A stretch of DNA of 64,000 nucleotides from Iphione sp. A-MEVVRFRX5. Lineage: Eukaryota. Made by a program: the position numbers and the translations under genes. The notes beneath the pieces were generated by a model, which searched no databases, had not been told where the DNA came from, and saw nothing but the letters and a program-made list of their open reading frames with translations. The stretch spans positions 59,272,001 to 59,336,000 of the forward strand of contig OZ320314.1 in NCBI GenBank assembly GCA_976226885.1, in the 5' to 3' direction. The stretch's first letter is position 1, and each line of letters starts with the position of its first letter. Below, piece after piece: positions 11,325 to 23,500 of the stretch.

Positions 11325-14300
11325 GTTCGACCCGGGCCTCTAGCGGCTACCCTCCACGACTGCCTTGCTCGCATACCCTACTCTGCTGTTCTGCTGCTTT
11401 GGTCCTCCCCTCCAGGCTGGTCGCATCTCGACACACACGCGATACTCGGACACTTGAGCATCATTACTATCTCCACTACGACTATTTGAAGTAGTGTGGT
11501 CATACTGGGCATGGGCATGTATGCTGGTGTAGCGCTCGGCTTCAGATATGCCATACAACCTCGTTCAAAAGTGAAAGGCTACCATGGATATTCTTTCTGA
11601 TCTCTCACTCTCCTCTTTCCTTCTCTCACTGTCTTTTCAATCACTGTTGCGGGTGATGTTTAATTAAAGTTACCCATCCTCTTAAAAGAAGATGTTTTAC
11701 TTCCCCAAGTTTTCGTGTCTAATATAATAGCACATCGTGTATTCACAAAAAAATATTTGAATTAATCGTTGATTTGATAGTTGCATAAAAAGGCTAAATA
11801 ATGCTTCTGAATTTTTGTCCTTGTGTTGAGCGGTATGAATAGCAATTTATTGAAGATTATACAATTATATGAGCGCTATTGTTTAAAGGTGAAACAACCG
11901 TAGAAGAAATATTGCTCCTCTGTAGGTAGAGATAATTAATGGTCGTGAAAAACGAGCAAGGAATTTGTCGGATAATAACCAGCATTTGACGCCCCGGCCA
12001 CCTGATTGCCTGCCATATGCGATGTTTATAATCAGGTGTAGTGCATTATCAGTGCCTGTACTTAACTCTGGCACATGCCGTTTTGGTGACCTCTCTCGTC
12101 GTGGTAATTGCGAGCCAATAAAACGTTGACGGGAAATTCCCTACATTCCAGTCAATCAGGTGAGCAATTAACCCAGGCCTCTTTGCTGCACCTACTATAG
12201 AGATACTCTAATAATAAGCCTGCTTTTGAATAGCTATTTTCCATCTCCATCATAGGCACGCTGCAGACGACATTTTTTCCATGTTGCTTATCAAAATACA
12301 TCTTTTATGTCAGTTATTCATCTGTAACTACACCCAGACAACTGTTTTTTTTTTCATGAAGTACATACACATGTATACCTTCAGCAAAGTGGCATACGGG
12401 AATAAAGGCAACAACAAACAAAATTTGCAGACATCATTAGGTGATGCGGTGACCGCAGCAGCCAATAACTACCAACACTGCAAAGTCAACAGTGTCGTCG
12501 TATAGGAGGGAACTGTGTCTGCTATTAACATATCTCTCCTGGAACTGCGCCAGATGCGTTGTGCTTTTCATGATTCATTCCAGGCAATATTTCTATAATG
12601 ACATGGTCATAATTAGCAGGATGAGTTGGATGTCCTCATGCAGAGCCCTTCCCGGGACCACCATCCTACGTTTTAGCTGAACTATGCGAGGATTCAAATA
12701 TCTCTGGGGAGAGAAGGATTTGTAGAAAAAAAGGTGCATGTTATGGGATCAGGTGCGTACACGTATGCCTACTGAATCTGTGAATCTGCGCAGTCCTTAA
12801 CAAATTTACAGAATGAATCACTGTATCTTTTCGAGTCAACTGCTGAGTCAATTTACATAGATGTAGCTTTAGAATTTCAGCAACCGTAGGACCTTTCCTT
12901 ACCGTAATTATAGTGACGTCTTTTTGGTGTAGTGCACATATACATGTACCTGTACATGATTATACTTTGCTTTTCTTGATTGCTGTTACCTTAATTGTTA
13001 ACCTAGAAGGATATCAACAGTGGACATAACTGATTTGGGCTGGACCGAGCTGGTCAGCCTCTCAGCAATCATACTGCATGTATACACAAGGAATTCTTAT
13101 TTCTACCATCCTGTCTATAGGGATTCTACCATCATGTCTATCTCTTTCTGCGGGTCTCTCTCTGTCTCCGTCTCCTAGAGCAAGCTTCAGTATCCGTATT
13201 GCCTCCCAGTCGCTCATTAAAACAATGATAAATGACATGTAGTTGAAGAATATATATAATTGCTCCTATCTTCGATCAGAATAACGTCTGTGATCGCCTA
13301 CGGACCTTGTAATCTTTTGTCAAGGAGAATGAAGAGAGGGTATAATGAAGAATAGACAAGTATATGTACATGTACACGTAGTCGTGCCATCTATTATTGA
13401 CTCGGTATGTCTGGCTCTGCGCTATATTCGACTGTACATAACGTAGACGTGAGTGTGCTCGTGCCACTTTTCCCAAATGTGTATATTATTATGATTGTAC
13501 CTCATTACACCGATATTGTATCAACAATAAAAAAAGGACCCACTTTGTGCTGGAAAGCATCTACATATAGTTTTATGAAACCAGTCTACATTCCTATGCC
13601 ACGAATACCACGAAGTAGCCTGGCCTGTCATATCTGGCAAGGAAAAGTGCTCCATGACTGACAAAATTAGGGTGTCACTAATTTGAAGGGGTGTAGGTAC
13701 ATAATCATTTGACTGTTAGTTGCTCCTGCAGAGCGCGCCAAAATTAAGACATCAAACATCGGTCGCCAACATTTTGGGCAATGACTATGTTTGTGCACGA
13801 GGCCTTCTGCCCTCGCCAGAAATTAAAGCTATAGTACTATAATTAGCAACCAGGATTGAACCTGACGTATAAGGATAAGAGTGAGGGGGGGGGGCTGGAG
13901 TTGAGGGGACAATTTACCTTGCAACCTAGAATGTTCGATGTGACGTCGTCGGGGAATTTCATCATATAATCGCCGGTAACCATGCACGCGATAGATGGCT
14001 GTTGGCCACACACGTTGAACATATGGGGTTTGCCTATTTAGGTCCCTCGAAGCTCAACGTAATGTCTTATGTTAATACCCCTTTATGGTTTCAAACGTGT
14101 TACTACTGCCTTACCCCTTTTCCACTAAAGTTTGCGCACATGTTATTCAAAAAGGGCTCTAAACACTTTTTGTTCAGACAGCGATTAAAATCTGTCGATT
14201 AAGGTGATTTTTGTTTGGTCTTTGGGTGCTTTTTATGTCGATGAATTCATCAAAACAAGAGGCAATTCTCGCCGGAAGTTTGCATGCAGGTGTCATGTGA

Positions 14301-17300
14301 TCCGTCGACTCATTTAGAGCGGCGTCTCAGTAATCAGCGTCTTAATGGAATGCCTTCGATTTTTAACGCCCGCACCGGCTTCTTGCGTTCTCCGTTCGTC
14401 CACCTGAGTGAACAGACGACATTTCGCTAACCGACAGTTGAACCCCATTTGCCGCCTCCCGCCAACAGGGCCTCCTTCACTCGTGGCCTGCGTCTATTTC
14501 CTCTCGGCTGGAACCCGACCCTGTCGGCCGTCACCGATCCACGAACCGCTTGTATTTTCTACGAGCGTGTTGCAGCGACTTCACAGGGCGCCGGGCCTCT
14601 GTGACTGCAATCGACCTGCTCCAAAAGATGCCCAGAGGCATTGTTTTGGAGCCTCAAGCGTCATCTCTCTATCGCTTCAGGCAAAAACGGCGAAATCGCG
14701 CACCGCTGCAACTGGCACTGTTGTGTATTGCAATGCGTCTTCATTGTACCCAGGAAATCGGGGGAAGGGAGAGAGAAGCTGGCTGATATCAGCCAAGTGA
14801 CGGCAAGACTTTTCTAAAATAAATATTGATCAGCGCGTGTGCGTTTTTAATCCGGACTTACAAGGGAATCCGACACCACTTCACGGAGATCCGCCTGACA
14901 ACCTGGGCGTGATCCCGTCTTGCTACCATTAACCTAATGTGAAAAGACAAGGCTTGCAATCGGCATACTGCGAGCTGAACTTGTGAAGAATACCTGTGAG
15001 ATCGGTGTGCATTTGAGCGCGCTAGTAGGTGATGAAGTGAAAGATATCAACTAGCTTTACAAGAATTCCTACAAAGGAAAAAGACGACTACCCTCTTGTA
15101 CTTCCTGGCCATTTGCCTCTACTCGCCAGTCGTTTTCAAAACGGCCGCTAGTGAGGGGCAAGTCCATTAATGCCAATTGCAGGGATTCTGGCGAATGACA
15201 CAGGCTGAAAGTGAATTAGCAAATGGGCGTGTCATGTAGTAGGTGGGTAAAGGGTAGCAGAGAGGGCAGGGCATGGGGCAGCAACGCCCCAGGGACGCTC
15301 TAAGTCCACCCGGACCTTTGCCTCCAATTCTATGTGAGAATCATCGCCTAAATGCAGAGCAGCCCCAATGTTCGGGAAATAAGCGAATCGTCTTCACGTC
15401 AACCGTAGGAAATTTAGTATTTCGCTTGTACAAGGGAAGACTGGGGCGGAAACCATCAAAGAGATCAGATGTAAACAATGGATCAGATAGCGATTACCGA
15501 CGAAGGACATCTATAGACAGTTTATTTGGTCGCCCAGATATTCGCACTCTCGGTAAGGAAGATTCTCTCGTATGCTCTGCTTTAATATTTTGAGAAGTTT
15601 TTTTCCACCGCCCAAAATATTTTTCTTTTCGCAGGTTGACCACAGTACAATCGTCGCTGATACGGACGACGTTGCATACAGCGATCTTGCTGATAACAAA
15701 AAAAAAGTGAGGATGTGACTTCAATATCGATCCGGCCCGTCGACATTGAAGCAACCAGGAGACACTGCGCTTGCCTGCTCCCCAGCCGTATCCTCTACTT
15801 TCCATCCACCAACCGCGATACACTGCTATCGTCGTTGCTGTCTGGCCGAGTACCTTAACCCTGCGGGCTATAGACCTAGTGAGATGCCGTCCAGTGTCCT
15901 GAAAACTGTAGTGACAGTACCAGGTACAGACTCAAAAGACATGCACATAACACGACGTGTATAATTTTAACTAGAGCTTAATGTTCTTTTGGTTTATCAT
16001 TTGTGGTGTGTTTAATTTGACGTTTTCATTAGTCGTAGGGAAGGAGGAATGGAGAGAGGGGGGGAAGGGGAGGGGGTAGGGGAGGAGGGAGTTGACGAGG
16101 AAGGAGAGCCGAAGGCCGTGTAGACATCATTATGCCTGGCTGGCGGTGGATGGCGGCTGTAGCAACTGTAATAGCGACAGGGGTGAGGTTGGGTGCCCAG
16201 CCTTTGATTGTGGCAACCACCACATGACTGCATTTCTTTGATTACTCCGCAGAACGGCGGAAAGAGAAAACAGGCGGGCCTTAAATCACTTGTAGCATCA
16301 GAAAGCGCGTGTAATCCACTTCTGCCTTTGTCAGCAGCGCGCTACATGTCGCCCTACTACGTAGGCAAATGAATGAACGACAGCAGTGTAAAAATTCGGG
16401 AGCATCAAAACGAATCGGCGCTTGAGTGACCTCCGACTGATGCGTTGTTACTGCTGAAGTTATTTCCACTGCATATTTCTTCCGTTTCTTAGCTCGCTCC
16501 AAAATAAACGCCATGCATTGCATCCACTGTTCTTCATTGCCCTTTCATCCTAGTAAATGCTCCATTTGAATTTCAAATGTACACATTTTGTCCCAATGTC
16601 GCTTCACTTATGGAGAGCCGATAGAAAATAGGGATCTAAAAGCTTTGATCTGCGGAATGGCCACGTAGAGAAATGTCGTTAATACCACAATTGCTGGAAT
16701 TTTATTTGCACCTTTGATCACAAGAAATACAAATCGTTAGAAGACACTCCAAGACGTGTCAAGTGAGATTAGAAATGTTTTCTTTGGAACGTGTGGATAT
16801 AAACAAGGACTCAACGCTAGCCAGTATTAATTAATAATTTTCTCCCATTTTGAATTATAACACTACTGCTGGGGGTATAGGAAAGTGGTAGAAGAGTAGA
16901 GAAACTTAATTATCTGTACGTACCTAATTCGTGTCTAAAAGATGGACATCATTAGGAATTTTCTTTGACATTTGTGTAAGAGCATAATGCAGGGTTAGCA
17001 GTTTAGAATGTACATCTATATTTCTTGTAAGTAGATTGCAGCTCTACCTCAGTGAGTGTATAGTTATATCGTTGTTCAGGGCCTCTCTTTCATGTCCTGT
17101 GACCCCTAATACTCTCAGCTCTTTTAAGTGTAGCACTGGCACTAATGTAAAGAAATTAATGAGTAATGGGGTAAAATTTAGTCGGGCCAATGACAATCAT
17201 TCAAATGATGATTCACAGCTACCTGAGTCATGAATATGGATTCCTCTCTTTATTGGTATTCAAGTTACCAATAAATTTGCATCAGTAAACAATTTTATAC

Positions 17301-19944
17301 ATTTTAAGTGGTACGTACACATATACATCCACTTTTATATCGTCAAGACTCGTCTATGACTGCATACTTGAATTATCCAATGAGTTAAATTACCTTGAAG
17401 AATGACCTCATGATGAAATAAATATCTTGGGGTAACAGAACATACCAGGCTAATCCCAGAAGATCAAGCACATTTCCTGCGTAGCATCCTGTAACCACTT
17501 GATCTATAACTCCCCCACACCTCCACCCTAAAAACACTTCATTCTTCTCTCCTGCTAAACGTTTTAGAATCTTTAATCTAAATAGTGATCTTGGATATAG
17601 CGAATCTCTATTGTTACAGGAATATTTAGGTTTCGGCATGTCTTCCCCCAAGAGAGAACTATTGGCGACCTAGTATTTCTTTCTGGTGCTCCACAGATTC
17701 TGCTTGCCACCATTTAAACCTGTCAACTTCTGCTTCTCAGAAAAGAAACCCAAGAGAAACAGAAGGAAAGTGATGATATTGATTACAGGCCAACGCAGTT
17801 CTCACCGATTGAATTGTCCTGACGTCGCCTTCTAAAACTGATATGGTTTCAAATCTGGATTTCACTGCTATATATTATGGAATGATTTGCAGCGTTAAAG
17901 AAATATCATCGCACTATCATAACTTAGCACCCTTCAACTTGAATTATGAATAAATCCATTACATTACATTTGATGCTATAGAATCGCAATCGATGTGCAA
18001 GGAAAACTAAAACCTTTGACGTTTGAAGGAAAAGGGCGAGCCACTAATGAGGACTCATCAGTATCAGTAAGCCTTCTTTCTTTCAGTGCATGTACATGTG
18101 TGTAATTCAAATCAGCGGTAAACATACTAATGATTTTGGAGGTCACCTATCACCATTAAATATCGCTAGCGATATGCTTCTGTTTTTTTTACTACGGTTC
18201 TATTGTTTTGCATGCAGGTACACAATGTTTAATTTTTGCATTTCGCTTAATTTAGTGAAATGTGTGTATATTGTCATAATTTGATGTAACATCCTTCCGT
18301 CGAAATCATCCTGTGTATGTTCAACATGGAGAGACACTCTGCGTTCTCTGTTGATAATGACCTGGTAGGCCATACGCCTCTCTTCAAAGGCCGCTACTGG
18401 CGGTATGGGGGAGCTCGAGGCTGTCGGTCGACATATACTGGGTTGGTATCCTGCTGCTGTCACCCCATGGTGAGATCTACACATCCTACTGTCAATACCT
18501 TTACGCCGATAGTGTGCCTCACATGAAAACTCCATAAACATCCGTGACCTATCTCTGGCTCACCAGCTGTTAGTGTCAGCTAGTCTATCACCTGGTAATA
18601 ACTAGGAAAGCCTGCTGCTTAGGATTTACAGGCGTCGCCGTGTAGTGGCGGTGGTTAGTTTGGATTACGGCACCAGTCATGCCCGAAACGACTAACAAGG
18701 TCGACAGTACGTGATCAAGTCGTTGAGCAGCTCCAGCCCCGGCCTCCTCCCTAGGCCGCCCTAGGTACAGCTCTTCCCAGCCACCGCCTATTCGCACCCC
18801 GGGGTGCCAATACTAACTGCAGGCTCCTCCCCAATAACGAACCACCGCTCGCTCAACCAAGTGGTAATTGACGCTTAATTACTGTTTGACTTTGTCATTC
18901 TGCTCACCCTTGGCTCCGTAATGAGCTGGACCTCCACCGCTCTCACCCCGCAATAGACGGCTAAATAGGAACTGACGCCACCGAGGCATGGCAAAGATAC
19001 ATGTTCTCAATTCTTCCTTGTAGGATTTTCATCGGTATATCAACTACTTGCGCCGAATTAGTTTTCTATCGGATAAGCAATTATATTCATCAAACAAATT
19101 TGTACAGGGAAATATATTTTTAAAAAACTGCGCAGCTTGACCGACTATTGTGTTCAGTAGCAAATTATGTTGGCTTCTAAAAACGTAGATCCATTGCCTC
19201 TGCTTCAATTATTACCTTCACCTAGCGACCTGCTTTTGAATCCCGATTTCACTCTGCTCACAAGCAATAAGCTTCTAGCTGCATAAGGTCTCACCATGCA
19301 TGTTATATATACTTAAATAGGCACGCACACTAGGATGCAATGTAACCCACATTAGCGATTGTGCAATACCTCACTAAAAGATCTTTGAAAAAAGTTTTTT
19401 TCTGTACACCAGTCCTAGCCAAATATAGCGAGTGCGAACTAGTGATAGATCTATTTTGATATCTACATTGACATTCACCTTTGGTAGGAAACATTTGTGG
19501 GAAGATAACGTTGCTCCTCGCCCTAGTATTAATTCACATTGTTTGAGTGGCAGCTGGGACACGCCCTCTCACCCATGCACAGTCAGATCTCCCCGATGAC
19601 CTCGGATGCAAGTTGATGCTTTGATTGGGGATAGAGTTGGGCCCTTAGCCTTTAAAATCTCTGATCAAATTTAATCTATTTGTATTCTATTCCAGCCATG
19701 TGAAGATGTATTTCTAAGTTTTTTCTTCTTTTGATTTATATCTGAACGACAAAAAAATGTGATAGTTATGAAAACGGGAGGACGGCACTAGGCAATATGT
19801 CTAACAGATTAAAGGTGTAATCTTCTACACGCTATATAATCTTTCGTGCACTTGTGTTGGGCAAAGCTGGAAAAAAGACCATTGTTTCTAATTACAGACA
19901 TTGCAGTAATATAATTAAGTAGAAAGAGAGTAAAGTATACTCAC

Positions 19945-20005
19945 CTCGTTTGATTACAGAATTATGTTCACCCGATATGTAGTTGTTAGTATCGTCCATG
20001 TTGTT
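19945..20005 (-). CDS. TFAP2: TFAP2 coding exon 3 (short linker exon)
   Basis: Acceptor aatctttttcag| and donor G|gtgagt. 61 nt encoding NNMDDTNNYISGEHNSVIKR plus G. Phase 0 in and phase 1 out exactly bridge exon 2 and exon 4. It ends in SVIKR, like the short TVIK/R-ending exon 3 of vertebrate AP-2 genes. Confidence 0.88.
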
Positions 20006-20470
20006 CTGAAAAAGATTGTAAATTGAAGGCTTTAGACTTTTTAATTCCTTAAAAATGAACTAAGAAAACGTTCTAATGATTTAAGGTCACCGTGCATAGT
20101 TTCTTTTGTTCACAAAATTCCTCTGAGAGGAACTGGAAGTTAGCAAAGAGGTAAATGGGTAAAACACATCGGCAGTGCCATATATTAACCCCAGTGTGCC
20201 ACACCCACTTCTCTTAACTGGCATAGAACATCTAACAAACACGCTCTTTAGCACCCTCGTGTACGATTAGTTTTGGTAGTAGGTCTATAAGCCTACTGCT
20301 GTGAAGAGCAAATCCGATTAGAAAGCTAGTACATGGGAATGTGCTTATTAATCTATTAAGATTGGAAATACTTCACCATATCTGCTAAGAATGAGTATAT
20401 ATCATGAAAATTCGAAAGAATAGAACCATGGCTTGTACAGTTGTGTTGTTGCAAAACACACATGTACGCT

Positions 20471-20478
20471 TCTCTCTC

Positions 20479-20519
<41 letters not shown>
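20471..20519 (+). repeat. (CT)n microsatellite, one interruption
   Basis: Seen directly. Confidence 0.97.
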
Positions 20520-20525
<6 letters not shown>

Positions 20526-23500
20526 GTTTCCATCCAACAATAAACAGGAACTTCACGGACACAAAATATATACAAGGTACATATCAATTCACATGTTAAG
20601 CCACTGCCAAACGACAGGCATTTTACAAGTACATGTAGCTGGACATCGCTATGATAACGGCTGTTGGGATCGAAAGGTTGGTGCTCGTAGCACATGTATA
20701 ACTGAGTTTCATGTCACACACATTATGTATTCCGGCCCTTTACTTGCCGTCTAATCCAACCCGTTGATCTATAGGACAAGTATCAAAGGGGTCGATATAG
20801 CCCATGTATGTGTAGCCGACCTGGACTCTCTCTGGGAAAGGACCCAGTCTTGGTTGCCACTAGATCTCCTTCTGGAGCAGTCGCTGTATATAACGTTATG
20901 AGGGCACATTACATGTCCACCAGATGGCTCGTCATTTCGTCTGTTTTCTATCTTTAATAGTGGACGATGGGCACAGGCATGATGAATCACTTTCTCCTGT
21001 AGAATACTTAACCACTTCTTGCTATAAATATGGATTAGTTCATTTAAACAATACCCTCGGTACCCTGGTGGGATTAAAAGATGTTTTCCGAGCATTGCTG
21101 AACATGTTTATCCAGTTCAGTACACGGTCATCCCCCATATAAAAATACAGTTCCGAAATCACTCGGCATGGTAGTGGCAGAATTGACAAACTAAAATGAT
21201 AAAAATACCACTTCTAAATTTAGTCTTCTCTGCCTGCATCTTCATTTGAAATAATTGATCCATTCATTGCATTGGAAACTATCTGACGAATTTCCCCCCC
21301 CCTCCTTAAATTGCACTGCACCACGCACTGTTTTGCATGTTTGACATGGCTTTCAAACAAGGCAGTTATTTCAATTAGCTTTTTTCCTCGAGGACCTCTT
21401 CTGTCGTCGTGCTTGATTTTCTGGAGACTGGTTTCAGTTGGCAAGAAACAGAATATGAGGTAAGTGAAGGAATTGAGTCTTAAGTGTCTGCGTGGTCGAT
21501 GGCATCATACCAAATAAATTTGGAGATAATTCATTTGAAATGTCTGAACTTCATTTGTTCTTCATGTAAAAGAGTGACAGTCTGTGGATTGGAATTTAGA
21601 CGTTTTTCCCTAAAGCCTCTATAAAAGGTATCATACTCAAAAACCAAATAGGTGCTTTATAGCAGCAGCTATTTTCATTGTAACTCCCTCCACCGCAGGA
21701 TAAATAATCTATTGATTGTGTTAGATTCAGGTCACTCTCCCTCGATTGTTGCTAAAAGGGTTGTGCCAACCCTGGCCCGGCCCTCTTCCAGCTCTCACTT
21801 CATGGCCGGCGCCGCCAGCCAGAGCCCCACGGCCAACAAATGGCTTCCAATGGCCCGGGGCAAAGACGGGCTCCCTCCTGACGCCCACGGCCATTCTCAG
21901 CTCGCACTCCCGAACCCCGTCACATCAAATCAAGTCAACTGTGACCTATTGTGATGGAGGCAATGGCATGGTGTCGGCTTTCGATACTGACAGTGTGACA
22001 GTTGGGACGAGATACTAGATGCTGTTGTATGTCCCTCACAAACACACAAAGACAAGACGCACACTCAGATACGGACTCGCACGTACGTCACAGACACGTA
22101 CACATACTCCTGCTTGTTTCACGTCGGCTATATCAGGACGAGCGAGGTGTTGCACGATAGATCCCAAATCTCTGTAGAATTCCTATATAAGTGTACATAA
22201 ATGTCTGTAAAATCAGTACGAAATAAGCGCATGTACGCTGGTATATTGGCATAAACATGATTTGGGGCAAAACCTTTAATAAAGGACTTTTCTATGCCAT
22301 AGTAGGGAGGACAAATCTTTTCTAAGTTGGCTTATTAGCAGAAGTGTTCTGTGTGTTGAAGGTATGGTAGAAACATCAAGTTGAATATCATGCCGTCTGT
22401 ATGTACTGTTCCTCGTCTAGACTATACATGTGCGACATTGAGGAACGGAGCAGTGCCATAGTGAGAGACTTGCGGGTTGGGGCGCGCAGAGGGGGGCCTG
22501 TTTAGAAGGGAAAGTCTAGTTATGTTGGTGTCTGTTGCTTTTGTAGTCTGAGCCGCCTTCAAAGGGGAGACTGCCACCGGCATTGTTAACAGTCTTTCCA
22601 ATGCAAAACTCACTGCAAGCAGCTATTTTACGATGACCTCTCCCTTTAGCTAGAAAGCCTCACTGACCAAGCTAATTGCAGATAAACAGATAGCGAATGT
22701 CACCCCATTGAACGCTCATCTTGAAAGTTTAGATCATGGATGATGCAACAATATAAAGGATGGTCTCTCGGTGGTCAGGTATACCAAATCAGGGCCCAAT
22801 TACACAGGGAATAGTGAGTGGTTTAGGATAAGGGCGATATTGTGGGTCCCACGTGGGGAACAGCTGCTTCGGCGTTGCATTTCTTGCTTCCTTTGTCCAG
22901 AGCTGAGGAAGAGTTGAGGACCGTTAAGCAACCGGATTCAGCTATCAGCTATATTTGTTGAGTTACTGGTGCGTTGGTATTGCGGACTGTGGATAGGTCC
23001 TTTCCGTTTAGTGTTATCTGAGCGAGCTGAAGCGGATGTGGGACCACGGCTTTGTAGTGCACTGTTCTAGAATGTGCGCAGCCTCTGATCCGGATGTTTC
23101 GAGATATTCCGGTTCCTGAACCTGTTTACAATTGTTGGCCAAGAACGTCTCCCAACCACGCAGTGCACCTTATCGATGTCTATCAATTTTTCCACGTCAC
23201 TGCAGTTGAGCATCACAAACAACGCGCTTCAATTTCAGGTGGGCTGCATCGGCGAGCTTCCGCCGATGAGTTTTGCTCGGGCCCAGTTCGGAAAGCATTT
23301 AGGGCTACGATAGGATCTTGCAGACCAGTCGCTGTGTGCAGGGACACACGTTTAAAATGGGGACAATTTTACCCTGATTGCGGAGAATTTCTTCAGCCGA
23401 CTTGCGGATGCGGTTGCCCTGCAATAGTGTTCTCGACGGGACGGTTCGGAGGTGCGCAGGGCGTGTATCATTCAGAGCTGGGTGACATTGACGGACGGGT

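Noticed and set aside
18794-18807. Perfect 14-bp palindrome GCACCCCGGGGTGC
   Set aside because: About four such palindromes are expected in 64 kb.
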